The notes: generated from the sequence alone by a model not told the origin. Counted from the stretch's first letter, positions 11,082 to 20,566 are shown. The stretch: 57,337 nucleotides of DNA from Patescibacteria group bacterium (GCA_041666325.1 JBAYHC010000001.1:1-57337); one strand, 5' to 3'. Made by a program: numbers and translations.

Positions 11082-12602
11082 TTAAAAACCAATTTTTGTT
11101 AAGTTTTCTTTAATTTTTTTCTCAAATTCTTTAGATTTCTCGAATTGATTGTTTAATTCAGAAGTCAATCGTTTCATCTTTTCTTCGAAAACTTCGTCGT
11201 CTTCCTCGATGATTTCCGATCCGACATAGCGGCCTGGCGTTAGGACAAAGCCGTTTTTCTCCACTTCCTCAATCTTGGCCGCTTTGCAAAAACCCTTTTT
11301 GTCTTCATATTTGCCATTGATGTTGCGCCAATTGTGGTAGGTTTCTGAGATTGTTGTTATATCTTCGGCCGTCAATTCGCGGTTCTTGCGGGTAACCATC
11401 TTTCCCATTTTTCTAGCATCAATAAAGAGAATCTCGTCATGGCGGTTACGAAACTTGTGGTCATAACGGTCTCGGGACACAAACCACAGGCAGGCCGGTA
11501 TTTGAGTCGAGTAAAATAGTTGGCTGGGCATCGCCACGATGCAATCAACAAGCCCTGCCATGATAAGATTTTTGCGGATCTCACCTTCGCCGGAAGTGTT
11601 CGAGGACATCGCCCCGTTGGACATAACAAAACCGGCAATACCGGTTGGCGAAAGATGGTGGATAAAGTGCTGGATCCAGGCATAGTTAGCCGAGCCGGTT
11701 GGCGGTACCCCATATTTCCAGCGGACATCATTGCGAAGTAGCTGGCCATCCCAGTCGCTATCATTGAACGGCGGATTGGCAAGGATAAAATCGGCTTTTA
11801 GATCCTTGAAAAGATCGTTATGAAAGCTGTTGCCGTATTCGATATTGCCCCGAATGTGCCGTAAGGCAAGGTTCATTTTGCAGAGCCGCCAAGTGGTGTG
11901 ATTTGATTCCTGGCCGTAAACCACAATGTCATCCTTGCGTCCTTCGTGATTGTGGTTAAAGACTTCTGTTTGGACAAACATGCCGCCGCTGCCGCAACAT
12001 GGGTCATAGACACGGCCAGAATAAGGCTCGATCATTTCAACTAAAAGCTTGACGATTGATTGCGGAGTATAAAATTCGCCGCCGCCCTTGCCCTCGCTAC
12101 CAGCAAAACGGCCAAGGAAATATTCGTAAATCCGACCGAGCAGATCCTTTGATTTTTCTTTACTTTCAGCTAAATCAATGTCACTGATGATATCGATAAC
12201 ACCGCCAAGCCTGAGTTTATCGAGGGCAGGGCGAGCGTAATCTTTTGGCAAGACACCCTTAAGATCGGGATTTTCTTTTTCAATGGCGATCATGGCGTCA
12301 TCGATAAGTTTGCCAATTTCCGGCTTCTTGGCACTGTCACGCAGTGAATTCCAACGAGATTCGCGAGGCACCCAAAAAATGTTTTCGGCTATGTAATAAT
12401 CCTTATCTTCGGCCTCATCTACCCCTTCTTCTTTGACCAACTTTTCATGCAATTGTTCAAATGAGTCGGAGATATATTTGAGAAAGATCAAACCGAGCAC
12501 AATGTGCTTGTACTCTGCCGGATCCATATTGTTGCGCATCTTATCAGCCGCCGCCCAAAGCTTCTCTTCGAAACCGATATTAGCCGATGTTTTGATTGCC
12601 AT
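11082..12602 (-). CDS. hsdM: Type I restriction enzyme M subunit (N6-adenine DNA methyltransferase)
   Basis: 506 aa. SAM motif [12 protein letters not shown], catalytic LANPPFN, HsdM N-terminal helical domain. Confidence 0.95.
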   Translation of the reverse strand: MAIKTSANIGFEEKLWAAADKMRNNMDPAEYKHIVLGLIFLKYISDSFEQLHEKLVKEEGVDEAEDKDYYIAENIFWVPRESRWNSLRDSAKKPEIGKLIDDAMIAIEKENPDLKGVLPKDYARPALDKLRLGGVIDIISDIDLAESKEKSKDLLGRIYEYFLGRFAGSEGKGGGEFYTPQSIVKLLVEMIEPYSGRVYDPCCGSGGMFVQTEVFNHNHEGRKDDIVVYGQESNHTTWRLCKMNLALRHIRGNIEYGNSFHNDLFKDLKADFILANPPFNDSDWDGQLLRNDVRWKYGVPPTGSANYAWIQHFIHHLSPTGIAGFVMSNGAMSSNTSGEGEIRKNLIMAGLVDCIVAMPSQLFYSTQIPACLWFVSRDRYDHKFRNRHDEILFIDARKMGKMVTRKNRELTAEDITTISETYHNWRNINGKYEDKKGFCKAAKIEEVEKNGFVLTPGRYVGSEIIEEDDEVFEEKMKRLTSELNNQFEKSKEFEKKIKENLTKIGF

Positions 12603-12604
12603 TT

Positions 12605-13228
12605 TTAGTCCTTTCGGATATCGATTAGTTGGAGATTGGAACCATCGGCAACCAGATATTGATAATCATTTAGCAATACCATCTTGTGGGCGGTGGTGTA
12701 GAAGTTGGGAAGACACTTTTTATAACTCTCTTTGAAGTGGTCGCTGCCCCAATGCGGGAAGACGATGATGTCGGTTATCCCCAGCCCCTTGGTACCTTTG
12801 AGTAATGGGGCTTTAGCCAGGTCGTCGAGATCTTCGGAGGGAGCAAGGTCTGGCCCGGCGACGATTGAGCCGGCCGATGAGCCGATGTAGTACTTGCCCT
12901 CTTTGACAAATTGACGGAAGAGCTCAAGCGAGTCGGTCTGCTGGAGTTGTTGCAGCAAGAAGAAGGTATTGCCGCCGCCCATCACTACTCCGTTGACTTC
13001 GGCTAATTGCTTGGCAATGTCATCTTTGGTTTTGCTGGTTAGAGAATAATCGGCGACCTCAAATCCAGCCTGGACCATCGAATCAATATCCAGCTTCAGC
13101 CAGGTTTTGTCGCCCTCTTCGACCTCTGATGCGGTAGTGATAAACAAAAACTTGGCCGGCTTGTCGATGTGCTCGCCTACCGATTTGGCCACCGTTTGTA
13201 AACTTGAGGTCAGAAAAATATTTTTCAT
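12605..13228 (-). CDS. Peptidase S51 (dipeptidase E-like) family protein
   Basis: MKNIFLTSS..., [29 protein letters not shown] (nucleophile Ser context). The ATG at 13228 is chosen over the upstream extension. The stop lies 2 nt before the hsdM ATG. Confidence 0.75.
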   Translation of the reverse strand: MKNIFLTSSLQTVAKSVGEHIDKPAKFLFITTASEVEEGDKTWLKLDIDSMVQAGFEVADYSLTSKTKDDIAKQLAEVNGVVMGGGNTFFLLQQLQQTDSLELFRQFVKEGKYYIGSSAGSIVAGPDLAPSEDLDDLAKAPLLKGTKGLGITDIIVFPHWGSDHFKESYKKCLPNFYTTAHKMVLLNDYQYLVADGSNLQLIDIRKD

Positions 13229-13430
13229 AATTGATTCCCGTCTCTTAGTATAAACACCATCAGGACTTATTATTTTCCCAACCACCATATCACTTTTCGG
13301 GCGTGAGTGGAAGGAGGGGGCGCACGGTGTTGCAGGCTGGTATTAGTCGCAAAACCCCACCTAGCCTCCCCTTCCGCTACCCAAAAAGTGGAGGAACAGA
13401 GGGTATTCCGTAAGCAAAGGCCGCGGTGAT

Positions 13431-15101
13431 TTAGTCGGTGTTGTGGATTTCGAGGATGCGGTCGAGACGGAAGCAACGCTTCTCCTGCCGCTCGTGGCAA
13501 TACGCCTCGATGCCCAAAAACGTTTGACCCATGTAGTTCATCTCGCCTATGACATTGGGCGAGATGGTGCGGCGAGACTGGACATCGTTGGACTTGAGGT
13601 AGGTGATCTCGAGTGTGCCGGCGCAGTCGATGGCGGATTGGATGGCGGCGGTTTTCGCGTCCGCCGGGCATGTGTCAGCGGTCAGTCCGTATTGGTATGT
13701 GGTGATAAAGTTGTTTACCCGCCAATCCATGATGATGTGGCTCTTCTGCAGCGGCTTCTTCAGCACCAGGCCCTCGAAGCTGGTGCAGCGAGAGAGTGCG
13801 ACATAGGCTTGGCCGTGGGCAAAGGTGCCGTTGCCGATATCTAGAATGACACGGTCGAAGGTCTTGCCCTGGCTCTTGTGGATGGTGACAGCCCAGGCCA
13901 ACTTCATCGGGTATTGGGTGAAGCTGCCGACAACCTCGGAATCCAGAAAGCCCTTGGTTTCATCATAGAAGTAGCTGTACATTTCCCACGTAAACGGCGC
14001 CACTTCGACGGTCTTGCCGGTCGAAAGCTTGACATCGACTATGGTTGTTTCGATCTCCGTGTCGAGATCTTTGTCCAACTCGGTTACTGTCCTTATATTG
14101 ATAATTTGTCCGATCGAGCCGTTAACCCAGCGGGCAGAGGAATCATTGTTGAGCATCATTACTTGCGAGCCAACCTTAACTTCGAGGTTTTGGGCCGTAG
14201 GGAGATTGCGAAGTTCGAAGTTGCCACTTACCACTCCCTCGGAGACGAAGGAAGTGCTCTCGACACCAGCTAACTTTTCTTGATTGATGCCGTCAGCCAG
14301 GGCGTTTGTCGGTGTGAGGTAGACATAGAGTTGGTTTTTAGTTTCAGTAAAGTCTTGGTTGACTCGGCTATTCAATTGGGTAAGTTGCTCCGGGGTGATC
14401 GAGTTGTCGCGAACGGCATTGAGCAGGCCAATAAATTCTGTGTCACTCTGGCGGTAGATCTTGTCCAGCTCGACAAATTCCATTGAGAAATCGGCGGGAG
14501 CATCAATGTCCTGCAAGAGCACGCCTTGCGTTGCCAATTGCCCTGCTCTGGGCGAGAGACCAAAAACGTTGGCCGAGAAGAAGTAGGGCGTTGGATAGAG
14601 ACTGGCAAATATATCTTTCTCTCCGTTGCTGACGACCGGAGGCAATTGGTAGAGGTCACCAATAAAGATCATTTGGACACCGCCAAAGGGAAGATTTTGG
14701 TGATTGCCATTCAGGCGCATGAATTTATCGATGCAGTCGAGAAGATCAGCCCGAACCATCGATATTTCATCGATGACAATCATTTCGAGTTTCTTGCAGG
14801 TCTTGGCCTTCTTGTCGGTGGACTTTAATTGTTTAATTTTCTGCGGGGTGATGTCCGGCCGGAACCCGAAGAAGGAGTGGATAGTCTGGCCCTTGACGTT
14901 GAGTGCCGCCACTCCAGTCGGTGCCAAAACAACAAGCTTCTTCTTGGTGTGAAGCCGGAAGTGTTCCAGGAGAGTTGATTTGCCTGTCCCGGCCCTGCCG
15001 GTGATAAAAAGGTTTTTGTAGCTGTTCTCCAAAAGATTGAGCGCTGTTTTGAACTGCTCGTTTAACTCGATCGTCTTTGTCTCGTGTTTTGATTTGGTCA
15101 T
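13431..15101 (-). CDS. PIF1/RecD-like SF1 helicase with C-terminal WYL domain
   Basis: Walker A GRAGTGKST, Walker B VIDEISMV, TIHKSQGKTFDRVIL, AYVALSRC. The C-terminus LEITYLKSNDVQSRRTISPNVIGE...AYCHERQEKRCFRLDRILEI fits the WYL pattern. Confidence 0.85.
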   Translation of the reverse strand: MTKSKHETKTIELNEQFKTALNLLENSYKNLFITGRAGTGKSTLLEHFRLHTKKKLVVLAPTGVAALNVKGQTIHSFFGFRPDITPQKIKQLKSTDKKAKTCKKLEMIVIDEISMVRADLLDCIDKFMRLNGNHQNLPFGGVQMIFIGDLYQLPPVVSNGEKDIFASLYPTPYFFSANVFGLSPRAGQLATQGVLLQDIDAPADFSMEFVELDKIYRQSDTEFIGLLNAVRDNSITPEQLTQLNSRVNQDFTETKNQLYVYLTPTNALADGINQEKLAGVESTSFVSEGVVSGNFELRNLPTAQNLEVKVGSQVMMLNNDSSARWVNGSIGQIINIRTVTELDKDLDTEIETTIVDVKLSTGKTVEVAPFTWEMYSYFYDETKGFLDSEVVGSFTQYPMKLAWAVTIHKSQGKTFDRVILDIGNGTFAHGQAYVALSRCTSFEGLVLKKPLQKSHIIMDWRVNNFITTYQYGLTADTCPADAKTAAIQSAIDCAGTLEITYLKSNDVQSRRTISPNVIGEMNYMGQTFLGIEAYCHERQEKRCFRLDRILEIHNTD

Positions 15102-15214
15102 GGTGTTATCGTTCGTATTTTGTTTGGCTGGTGTCTAAATCATCTTACCATTGTGCGACCCATTGTTAAATGCTCCGTCAGATTCCATCCTTGCGATAAC
15201 TTGATTAATCATGA

Positions 15215-15243
15215 CAAAAAAGAGCACCCATGGTGGTGGGTGC
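15215..15243 (-). terminator. Intrinsic terminator after the 111-aa gene
   Basis: Minus strand gcaccca-ccacca-tgggtgc (7-bp stem) followed by tctttttt. Confidence 0.65.
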
Positions 15244-15285
15244 GGGGCATGAAGGTGAAAGATCAAATGGTTGGGGTGGGTGGAA

Positions 15286-15621
15286 TCAAGTCTTCTCCTT
15301 GGTTTGTGTTGGCATTGCTGCCTCTGGTTCAAGACCTGTTCCCGCTGGCGCGCTTGCCGCTTCCAGCTCTATCGGTATTTCTGTGCCAGATCTGATTCGG
15401 TCGATCCTCTGAAGGTAAGGTTCCATCACGGCGTCATCTATAGCATTACGGAAGTCGATTACGCTGCGAATTAGACGATACTTCGGCACTGGTCCAAGCA
15501 CGATGTCGCCGCTGGCAGTAGTTGGGCCAGCTACTGCAGAGATAAGGAAGGCAAACAATCGATAGCAAACATTGATTATTAAGGCGATTGCATAAGTTGT
15601 CACACTGCTTGCCAGTACCAT
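15286..15621 (-). CDS. Hypothetical small membrane protein
   Basis: The ATG at 15621 (MVLASSVTTYAIALI...) is preceded by GGAGG at 6-nt spacing. It has an N-terminal hydrophobic segment and its own terminator. The track ORF starts 27 nt further upstream. Confidence 0.55.
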   Translation of the reverse strand: MVLASSVTTYAIALIINVCYRLFAFLISAVAGPTTASGDIVLGPVPKYRLIRSVIDFRNAIDDAVMEPYLQRIDRIRSGTEIPIELEAASAPAGTGLEPEAAMPTQTKEKT

Positions 15622-15723
15622 CACATGCCTCCATTGCAATATTATCACACCGTAAAAGACAAAAAAAGATTCAAGAAAGTCACAGTCAATGTTAAGAATG
15701 TTTTGGGGCTAGACCACTTATAC

Positions 15724-15749
15724 AAAAAGCGCACCCGCGGGACGGGTGC
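15724..15749 (-). terminator. Intrinsic terminator after the 166-aa gene
   Basis: Minus strand gcacccgtcccgcgggtgc followed by gcttttt. Confidence 0.6.
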
Positions 15750-15799
15750 TGTGAGAAGACGCGAAACAGTAAAGCCGTAAAGCAATAAGGCGGTAGAGC

Positions 15800-16300
15800 T
15801 CAAAGGTTGAAGAAGTCGAAGGCGGCTTCGGCGGATAGGCGCCCGGGAAGGCCGAAGATATCGCGAAACATCTTGGCCAGTGCTTTCTGGTCGGCCTTGA
15901 GCTTGAGGTGAAGAATCGAGGAAAACTTGATCTCGTGAAGTTCGATCGGTGTGCCGGCAGCTAGGGAGTCTAGCTCTCTGCGGCAACGCTTCTCGTCGCA
16001 GCAGGTGTAGTGCAAACCGATTGAAATGCCGCCGCCGTAGCTTTGGTAAATGGAAAAGTAGCTAACTGGTCTTTCGTTGCAGAAGTGACAGATCATCTTA
16101 GGTTGACGGGTCTCGCCTTGCTCAAGTAGCCAACCAAGATGGCGATGTAATCGGTTGGGATTCGGGCTGTTCGTCTCGTCGAGACGATCAAGCATGAATC
16201 TTAGCCAAGGGTAATCACTAAACATTATAAGCTCTGTCGCTTCACCCTTCTTCTTTCCGGACCCAATGGTGTACGGTCCGGTCGGTGTGTATTCGGGCAA
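15800..16300 (-). CDS. Hypothetical Cys-rich protein (TTG start in track)
   Basis: 166 aa. Cys cluster CHFC...CC...C. Visibly higher GC than its neighbours. No recognisable family. Confidence 0.55.
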   Translation of the reverse strand: MPEYTPTGPYTIGSGKKKGEATELIMFSDYPWLRFMLDRLDETNSPNPNRLHRHLGWLLEQGETRQPKMICHFCNERPVSYFSIYQSYGGGISIGLHYTCCDEKRCRRELDSLAAGTPIELHEIKFSSILHLKLKADQKALAKMFRDIFGLPGRLSAEAAFDFFNL

Positions 16301-16374
16301 CTCTCGTTGTTCCTCTCTCCTCAGGATGAGCTTATTATACTGAGTTAGGAAACAATGTCAAGATAATTCTCCCT

Positions 16375-16547
16375 GAACCCAGAAATTCGATCCTATTTAT
16401 TAAGTCATTCTGAGCCGAAGGCGAAGAATCTAGGCGCAGCCGTGTGTATTGAACCTTATTCATTTCGCTTCGCTAGATCCTTCACTTCGTTACCACTCGT
16501 TCAGGATGACGGAATTAGCTAAGTTTTAGCCTCGAATTTCTGGGTTC
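16375..16547. repeat. 173-nt nested imperfect palindrome (REP/MITE-like or structured RNA)
   Basis: Perfect 16-bp outer arms gaacccagaaattcga (16375-16390) / tcgaatttctgggttc (16532-16547). Inner arms gtcattctga (16404-16413) / tcaggatgac (16501-16510), and gaagaatctag (16423-16433) / ctagatccttc (16473-16483). Confidence 0.7.
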
Positions 16548-16665
16548 GCGGGATGCTAGGCGTAAGGCAAAAGTAATACAGGAGTAAGACGTCAGGGTGA
16601 AGCAATGTACGCCAAAATGCGCCTCGTATGATTAGGGTGCCGATATTAGCCAGCGAATAGATTAG

Positions 16666-17292
16666 TTAATCTTCAAAGTAGTCGATGTATTTGGCCTTGA
16701 TTGTTGCAAAATCGGTCTGTTCCAAATCGATGTGGCGGTCTGCTAGGGTATTCATACTATTTAAGAGGTCATAGTACTCCTCTTCCGAGGCAACCTTAAG
16801 ACCGAGTGACTCAATCTCTGCTTCGAGTTGTTTGTCTGACTTTTCTATTTCGTCTTCATCCGCCATGATTTCGGCCTCGAAGTAGTAGCCCCAGCCTGGA
16901 ACTTTGACAAGCGAAAAGATAATATCTTTATAACGGTAGTCATATTTAGTATTGGCCATGAGGGCATATTTGGTGTAGCCGAGAATTTTGAGAAAACCGA
17001 TGAAGTCGTCATACTTTCCGTTTTCGAGCTTAAATTCGTATTCTTTGCGAGCGTCTTTGCCGCCCCACTTGCCGTATTTCATCACGATCTCCGGCTGTTT
17101 GTTGGTGATACGTAGGCGTAGATCAATTGTCTCGTCCTTGAGGTCTCTGGCTTCCTCCGTGCCGGTGCTGTAGATCAGTGAAAATCGTTTTTTAGTGCCC
17201 AGAAACGCGCCCTTTTGTCTGAAAAGATTAGTTAGTTCGTCAAACTTTTCTTGGCTTAGGTGTCCGCGGTGTTCAACTTCAACCTTGATCAT
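16666..17292 (-). CDS. CYTH-like (triphosphate tunnel metalloenzyme / class IV cyclase-like) protein
   Basis: 208 aa. N-terminal KVEVEHR resembles the ExExK signature. Later LRLRI and GYYFEAEI strands. Confidence 0.55.
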   Translation of the reverse strand: MIKVEVEHRGHLSQEKFDELTNLFRQKGAFLGTKKRFSLIYSTGTEEARDLKDETIDLRLRITNKQPEIVMKYGKWGGKDARKEYEFKLENGKYDDFIGFLKILGYTKYALMANTKYDYRYKDIIFSLVKVPGWGYYFEAEIMADEDEIEKSDKQLEAEIESLGLKVASEEEYYDLLNSMNTLADRHIDLEQTDFATIKAKYIDYFED

Positions 17293-17347
17293 TGGTCTCC
17301 TTGGTGAATTTTGTCTAATTTAGCCTGAAATTGTAGGTTGTTCTAAT

Positions 17348-18565
17348 TTAGGCGGCTGGCCAGAGCACATCCAACTCGTCCATCCCCTCTTTTGAAAGGT
17401 AAACCGGTTTGGCATATTTTTTGGCTGAGTACTGCAAATAGTCCGAAAATTTCCATCCGCTCGTATCCTGCTGTGTTGTCTTGTTCAGATACACCCTAAA
17501 CAGCTTTGCCAAAACTTGAGCGAATTGTTTTTTGTTCTCGGCCAATCTTAATCTTGCTCTGTCTTGCTGGGCCCTGAGCTGATCCTGCCTGCCGGCATTT
17601 TTCATGTCCAGATACATTTTGATATTATCGCGCTGCGTCTGGGCGAATTTCTCAAATTGTCCCGCCATCCAATTGCCCTGTTGGTGGTATTCGGCTAACT
17701 TTTCCTCTAATTTAGCTGCCTCTGCCTCGATGCCGTCAATTTTCTTGATATGTTCGCCCATTTCTACAACAAACTGTTCGTCCTGCCAAATCAATGAGGC
17801 TAATGTTTGAATCGTGCTGTACAAGGGTGCCTTTTCTCTCAATTTGCTCTCGTCAGCATGGATGAAGCCGGTGGATTTAACCGCTCCTGTTTTCGCTGTG
17901 ATCACATCCTGATTGAGGTCGGAATCGACTTGCGGATCATCCATGACGCGTGATGACTCGATAATGATGGCGCGCGCAGCCCACATCAAATAATCGATTC
18001 TTTTACTTAGATGCAGCATTTGTTGTTCACTGTCTTCGTCCAGATAATAGTCGATGAGGTCCTCCATCGATTTATCAAGGAGTTCTTGCTTAACAACAAT
18101 TCCTATAATATTTTCTGGCTCAACTCTTGTGGTGAGCGCTTCTCCGTCCCAGCCCTTTTGCCGCAGCGCCTTTGCCGAGATTTTGTTCAGTCCCGGGGAA
18201 ATGAGTAGGCCGACATTTGATACTTTTTTCAATTTTGATGCCCATTCATTTTCGGGCATGAGTGATTGGTCATAAACGGAGATCTGGTGTTGTCTATCAT
18301 TGATGGTTTGAGTGACTGGCGAGTATCCAACCGGCATTAGCCTCTTCACTCTTTTGCCCGATTCTTGGTGTTTGGTGTCTTCGATGGAGAGTATGCCGTT
18401 GGCTAGTATTGGATCGAGTGAAAATAAGCCTGTTTCGTGCAGCATGAAGCCCTTCTGCTCCTTGATTGGGTCAACGAGCATTGATCTGGCAGTGTCCTCT
18501 GGCGATTCGACTGGAGCGGCTTCCACTGATTCAACGATTCCCTGAGGTAGTCCTCGTTCGTTCAT
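17348..18565 (-). CDS. Hypothetical protein (C-terminal half coiled-coil-like)
   Basis: 405-aa uninterrupted ORF. Charged helical C-terminal half (EAEAAKLEEKLAEYHQQ...). No recognisable motif. Confidence 0.6.
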   Translation of the reverse strand: MNERGLPQGIVESVEAAPVESPEDTARSMLVDPIKEQKGFMLHETGLFSLDPILANGILSIEDTKHQESGKRVKRLMPVGYSPVTQTINDRQHQISVYDQSLMPENEWASKLKKVSNVGLLISPGLNKISAKALRQKGWDGEALTTRVEPENIIGIVVKQELLDKSMEDLIDYYLDEDSEQQMLHLSKRIDYLMWAARAIIIESSRVMDDPQVDSDLNQDVITAKTGAVKSTGFIHADESKLREKAPLYSTIQTLASLIWQDEQFVVEMGEHIKKIDGIEAEAAKLEEKLAEYHQQGNWMAGQFEKFAQTQRDNIKMYLDMKNAGRQDQLRAQQDRARLRLAENKKQFAQVLAKLFRVYLNKTTQQDTSGWKFSDYLQYSAKKYAKPVYLSKEGMDELDVLWPAA

Positions 18566-18623
18566 TGTCTCCTCCTTGCATAATTATCGCTCGCTTAATC
18601 ATAGATTATATTTTTGATCTTGA

Positions 18624-19964
18624 CTATTTTTTGGTCAACAAGCCGACACATTCTAGGTGGTGAGTGTGAGGGAACATGTCGATTGGTTGAACCTTCTTGA
18701 GCGCAATTCCTTGTTCCTGAAATAATTTGATATCTCTGGCGAAGGTAGAAGGATTACAGGAAACGTAGATCAGGCGCAGGGCGAAAGGCGTAAGTTTGGA
18801 GAGAGAGTTGATTAACTTTGGAGTAAGGCCGGCGCGGGGAGGGTCGAGGATAATGGTAGAAGGTGGAGAGGGGAGGGTAGAAGGGTGAGCTGACAGACCA
18901 CAGACAAACTCTTCGGCATCGGTGCAGATGAAGTCGCAGTTGCCAACCTTGTTGACGCGAGCATTGTCCTTGGCGTCGCGGATTGCTGCAGGAATAGACT
19001 CAACACCGATAACGCTTTTCGCTAAAGTTGAAAGATAGATGCCGATAGTGCCGGTGCCGCAATAAAGATCAAGTAGTACATCCTTGGGAGTGATAGCCGC
19101 GTACTTGTTGATGGTGTCGTAGAGTGTTTTGACGCCGAGCGAGTTGGTTTGGAAGAATGATTCGGGGGAAATTTGAAATGTGAATGAGCCGATCTTCTCG
19201 TGAATTACCGGAGAGCCGAAGATAATGCGGCGGCGAAGGTTGCGCAGTGATTTGGCCGGAGCGATGGTGTGGTAGATAGACTTGATGCCATCAATCTGGG
19301 TAAGAGCTCCGACAATGCCCTCTCTATCGGGCAGCTCTTCACCTGAGGTGATTATCTCGACCATAAATTCATTGGTGAATTTACCTTCTCTGATCTTGAG
19401 TTGCCAGAAGGAAGATTTTTTCTCGACATGCAAATTAATGTGGGATTGGAGTGTGTCCAGTATCTCATTGCATGTCTCTGACTGAAGCAAGCACGAATTA
19501 ACAGCAGTTAACCCGTTTTCGTGAATATAGTGATGGCGGGCAAAGGAGATACGTTTTTCCTTATCCTCAAGGAAGAAGAAGCGGATAGAATTGCGGTAAT
19601 ATCGATCACTCTCTGATCCGGGGATAATTTTTTCTGGCTTCGTTTCTATCCTTGCTCGCTGCAGCGTTTCGGTGAATAGTTCTTCTTTGAATTTGAGCTG
19701 ATCGGTGTAGGCAATATTCTGGTGTTCGCATCCGCCACAGGCATCGAAGAATGGGCAGGGCGGATTGATCCTGGAGTCGCTTGGCTCGATTACGTTCTCC
19801 AAAACGGCCTCGGCATAGCTTTTCTTCTTGCGGTTTATCTTTACTTCAAGAAGATCGCCCGGGACGGATTTCTTGACGAAAACGGCCTTACCCCTCTCGT
19901 CGTGACCCATGCCCCAACCTTCGTTGATAAGTTTTTCAATTTTTAGTATTTGGTTTTTGCTCAT
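18624..19964 (-). CDS. rlmD: 23S rRNA (uracil-5-)-methyltransferase, RumA/RlmD type (TRAM + Fe-S + SAM MTase)
   Basis: TRAM-like N-terminus. Cys cluster CPFFDACGGCEHQ. SAM motif LLDLYCGTGTIG. C-terminal IYVSCNPSTFARD. Confidence 0.85.
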   Translation of the reverse strand: MSKNQILKIEKLINEGWGMGHDERGKAVFVKKSVPGDLLEVKINRKKKSYAEAVLENVIEPSDSRINPPCPFFDACGGCEHQNIAYTDQLKFKEELFTETLQRARIETKPEKIIPGSESDRYYRNSIRFFFLEDKEKRISFARHHYIHENGLTAVNSCLLQSETCNEILDTLQSHINLHVEKKSSFWQLKIREGKFTNEFMVEIITSGEELPDREGIVGALTQIDGIKSIYHTIAPAKSLRNLRRRIIFGSPVIHEKIGSFTFQISPESFFQTNSLGVKTLYDTINKYAAITPKDVLLDLYCGTGTIGIYLSTLAKSVIGVESIPAAIRDAKDNARVNKVGNCDFICTDAEEFVCGLSAHPSTLPSPPSTIILDPPRAGLTPKLINSLSKLTPFALRLIYVSCNPSTFARDIKLFQEQGIALKKVQPIDMFPHTHHLECVGLLTKK

Positions 19965-20476
19965 TTGCTTAGATAAAAGACAATTATAGCAGCGGAGGTA
20001 GCGACATTGAGAGAGTTGGCCATACCGTGCATTGGAATCTCAATTGCCGAGTCTGCAAGAGCAAGGACCTCTTCTTCTATTCCCTCTACCTCATTGCCAA
20101 GGACTATTGCTGTTGGACTCATGTAATCAAATTGACGATAATCGACACTTTGGTCAGTTATCTCCAGAGCGACGATTTGCACTCCCCTACTCTTTAGCTC
20201 AATAATTAGCTCTTTGCTTGATTCGTAATACTCCCATGGAACCGAGTCAACTGTGCCAAGGGCAGTCTTTTCGATCTCTTTATTGGGCGGTGTCGGGGTA
20301 ATGCCGCAAAGATAAACTCTGCTTACTCCTGCTCCGTCACAGGTTCGAAATATTGCTCCGACATTATGGGCAGAGCGAATGTTGTCCAAGATCAAATAAA
20401 CCTCGCAACGAGGTCGATTTGTCTGCTTGAATAACTCTTTGCGCGTTTTGTTCTCTTCGATAGTGAGCTTGTGCAT
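19961..20476 (-). CDS. SpoU/TrmH-family RNA 2'-O-methyltransferase
   Basis: LILDNIRSAHNVGAIFRTCDGAG, ALVLGNEVEGI and IPMHGMANSLNVATSAAI motifs. ATG at 20476 is preferred. The track's TTG at 20512 lies inside the repeat array and is an alternative. The stop overlaps the rlmD ATG. Confidence 0.85.
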   Translation of the reverse strand: MHKLTIEENKTRKELFKQTNRPRCEVYLILDNIRSAHNVGAIFRTCDGAGVSRVYLCGITPTPPNKEIEKTALGTVDSVPWEYYESSKELIIELKSRGVQIVALEITDQSVDYRQFDYMSPTAIVLGNEVEGIEEEVLALADSAIEIPMHGMANSLNVATSAAIIVFYLSK

Positions 20477-20566
20477 AAATTTAGGCAGCAAAGCGGTAAG
20501 ATAATAAAGCAATATGGCGATAAAGCCCTACTGCCTTAATGCTCTACTGCCCTACCGCCACATATT
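20477..20566. repeat. Phased 8-nt word array (RRTARRGC-like), plus-oriented block followed by inverted block
   Basis: gcaaagc ggtaagat aataaagc aatatggc gataaagc, then cctactgcc ttaatgct ctactgcc ctaccgcc (the reverse complement of the same word type). Confidence 0.5.

Noticed and set aside
13270-13844. 133-aa ORFs on both strands overlapping the helicase 3' end
   Set aside because: They are frame shadows in a locally GC-rich stretch. The helicase frame carries a recognisable WYL domain through this region.
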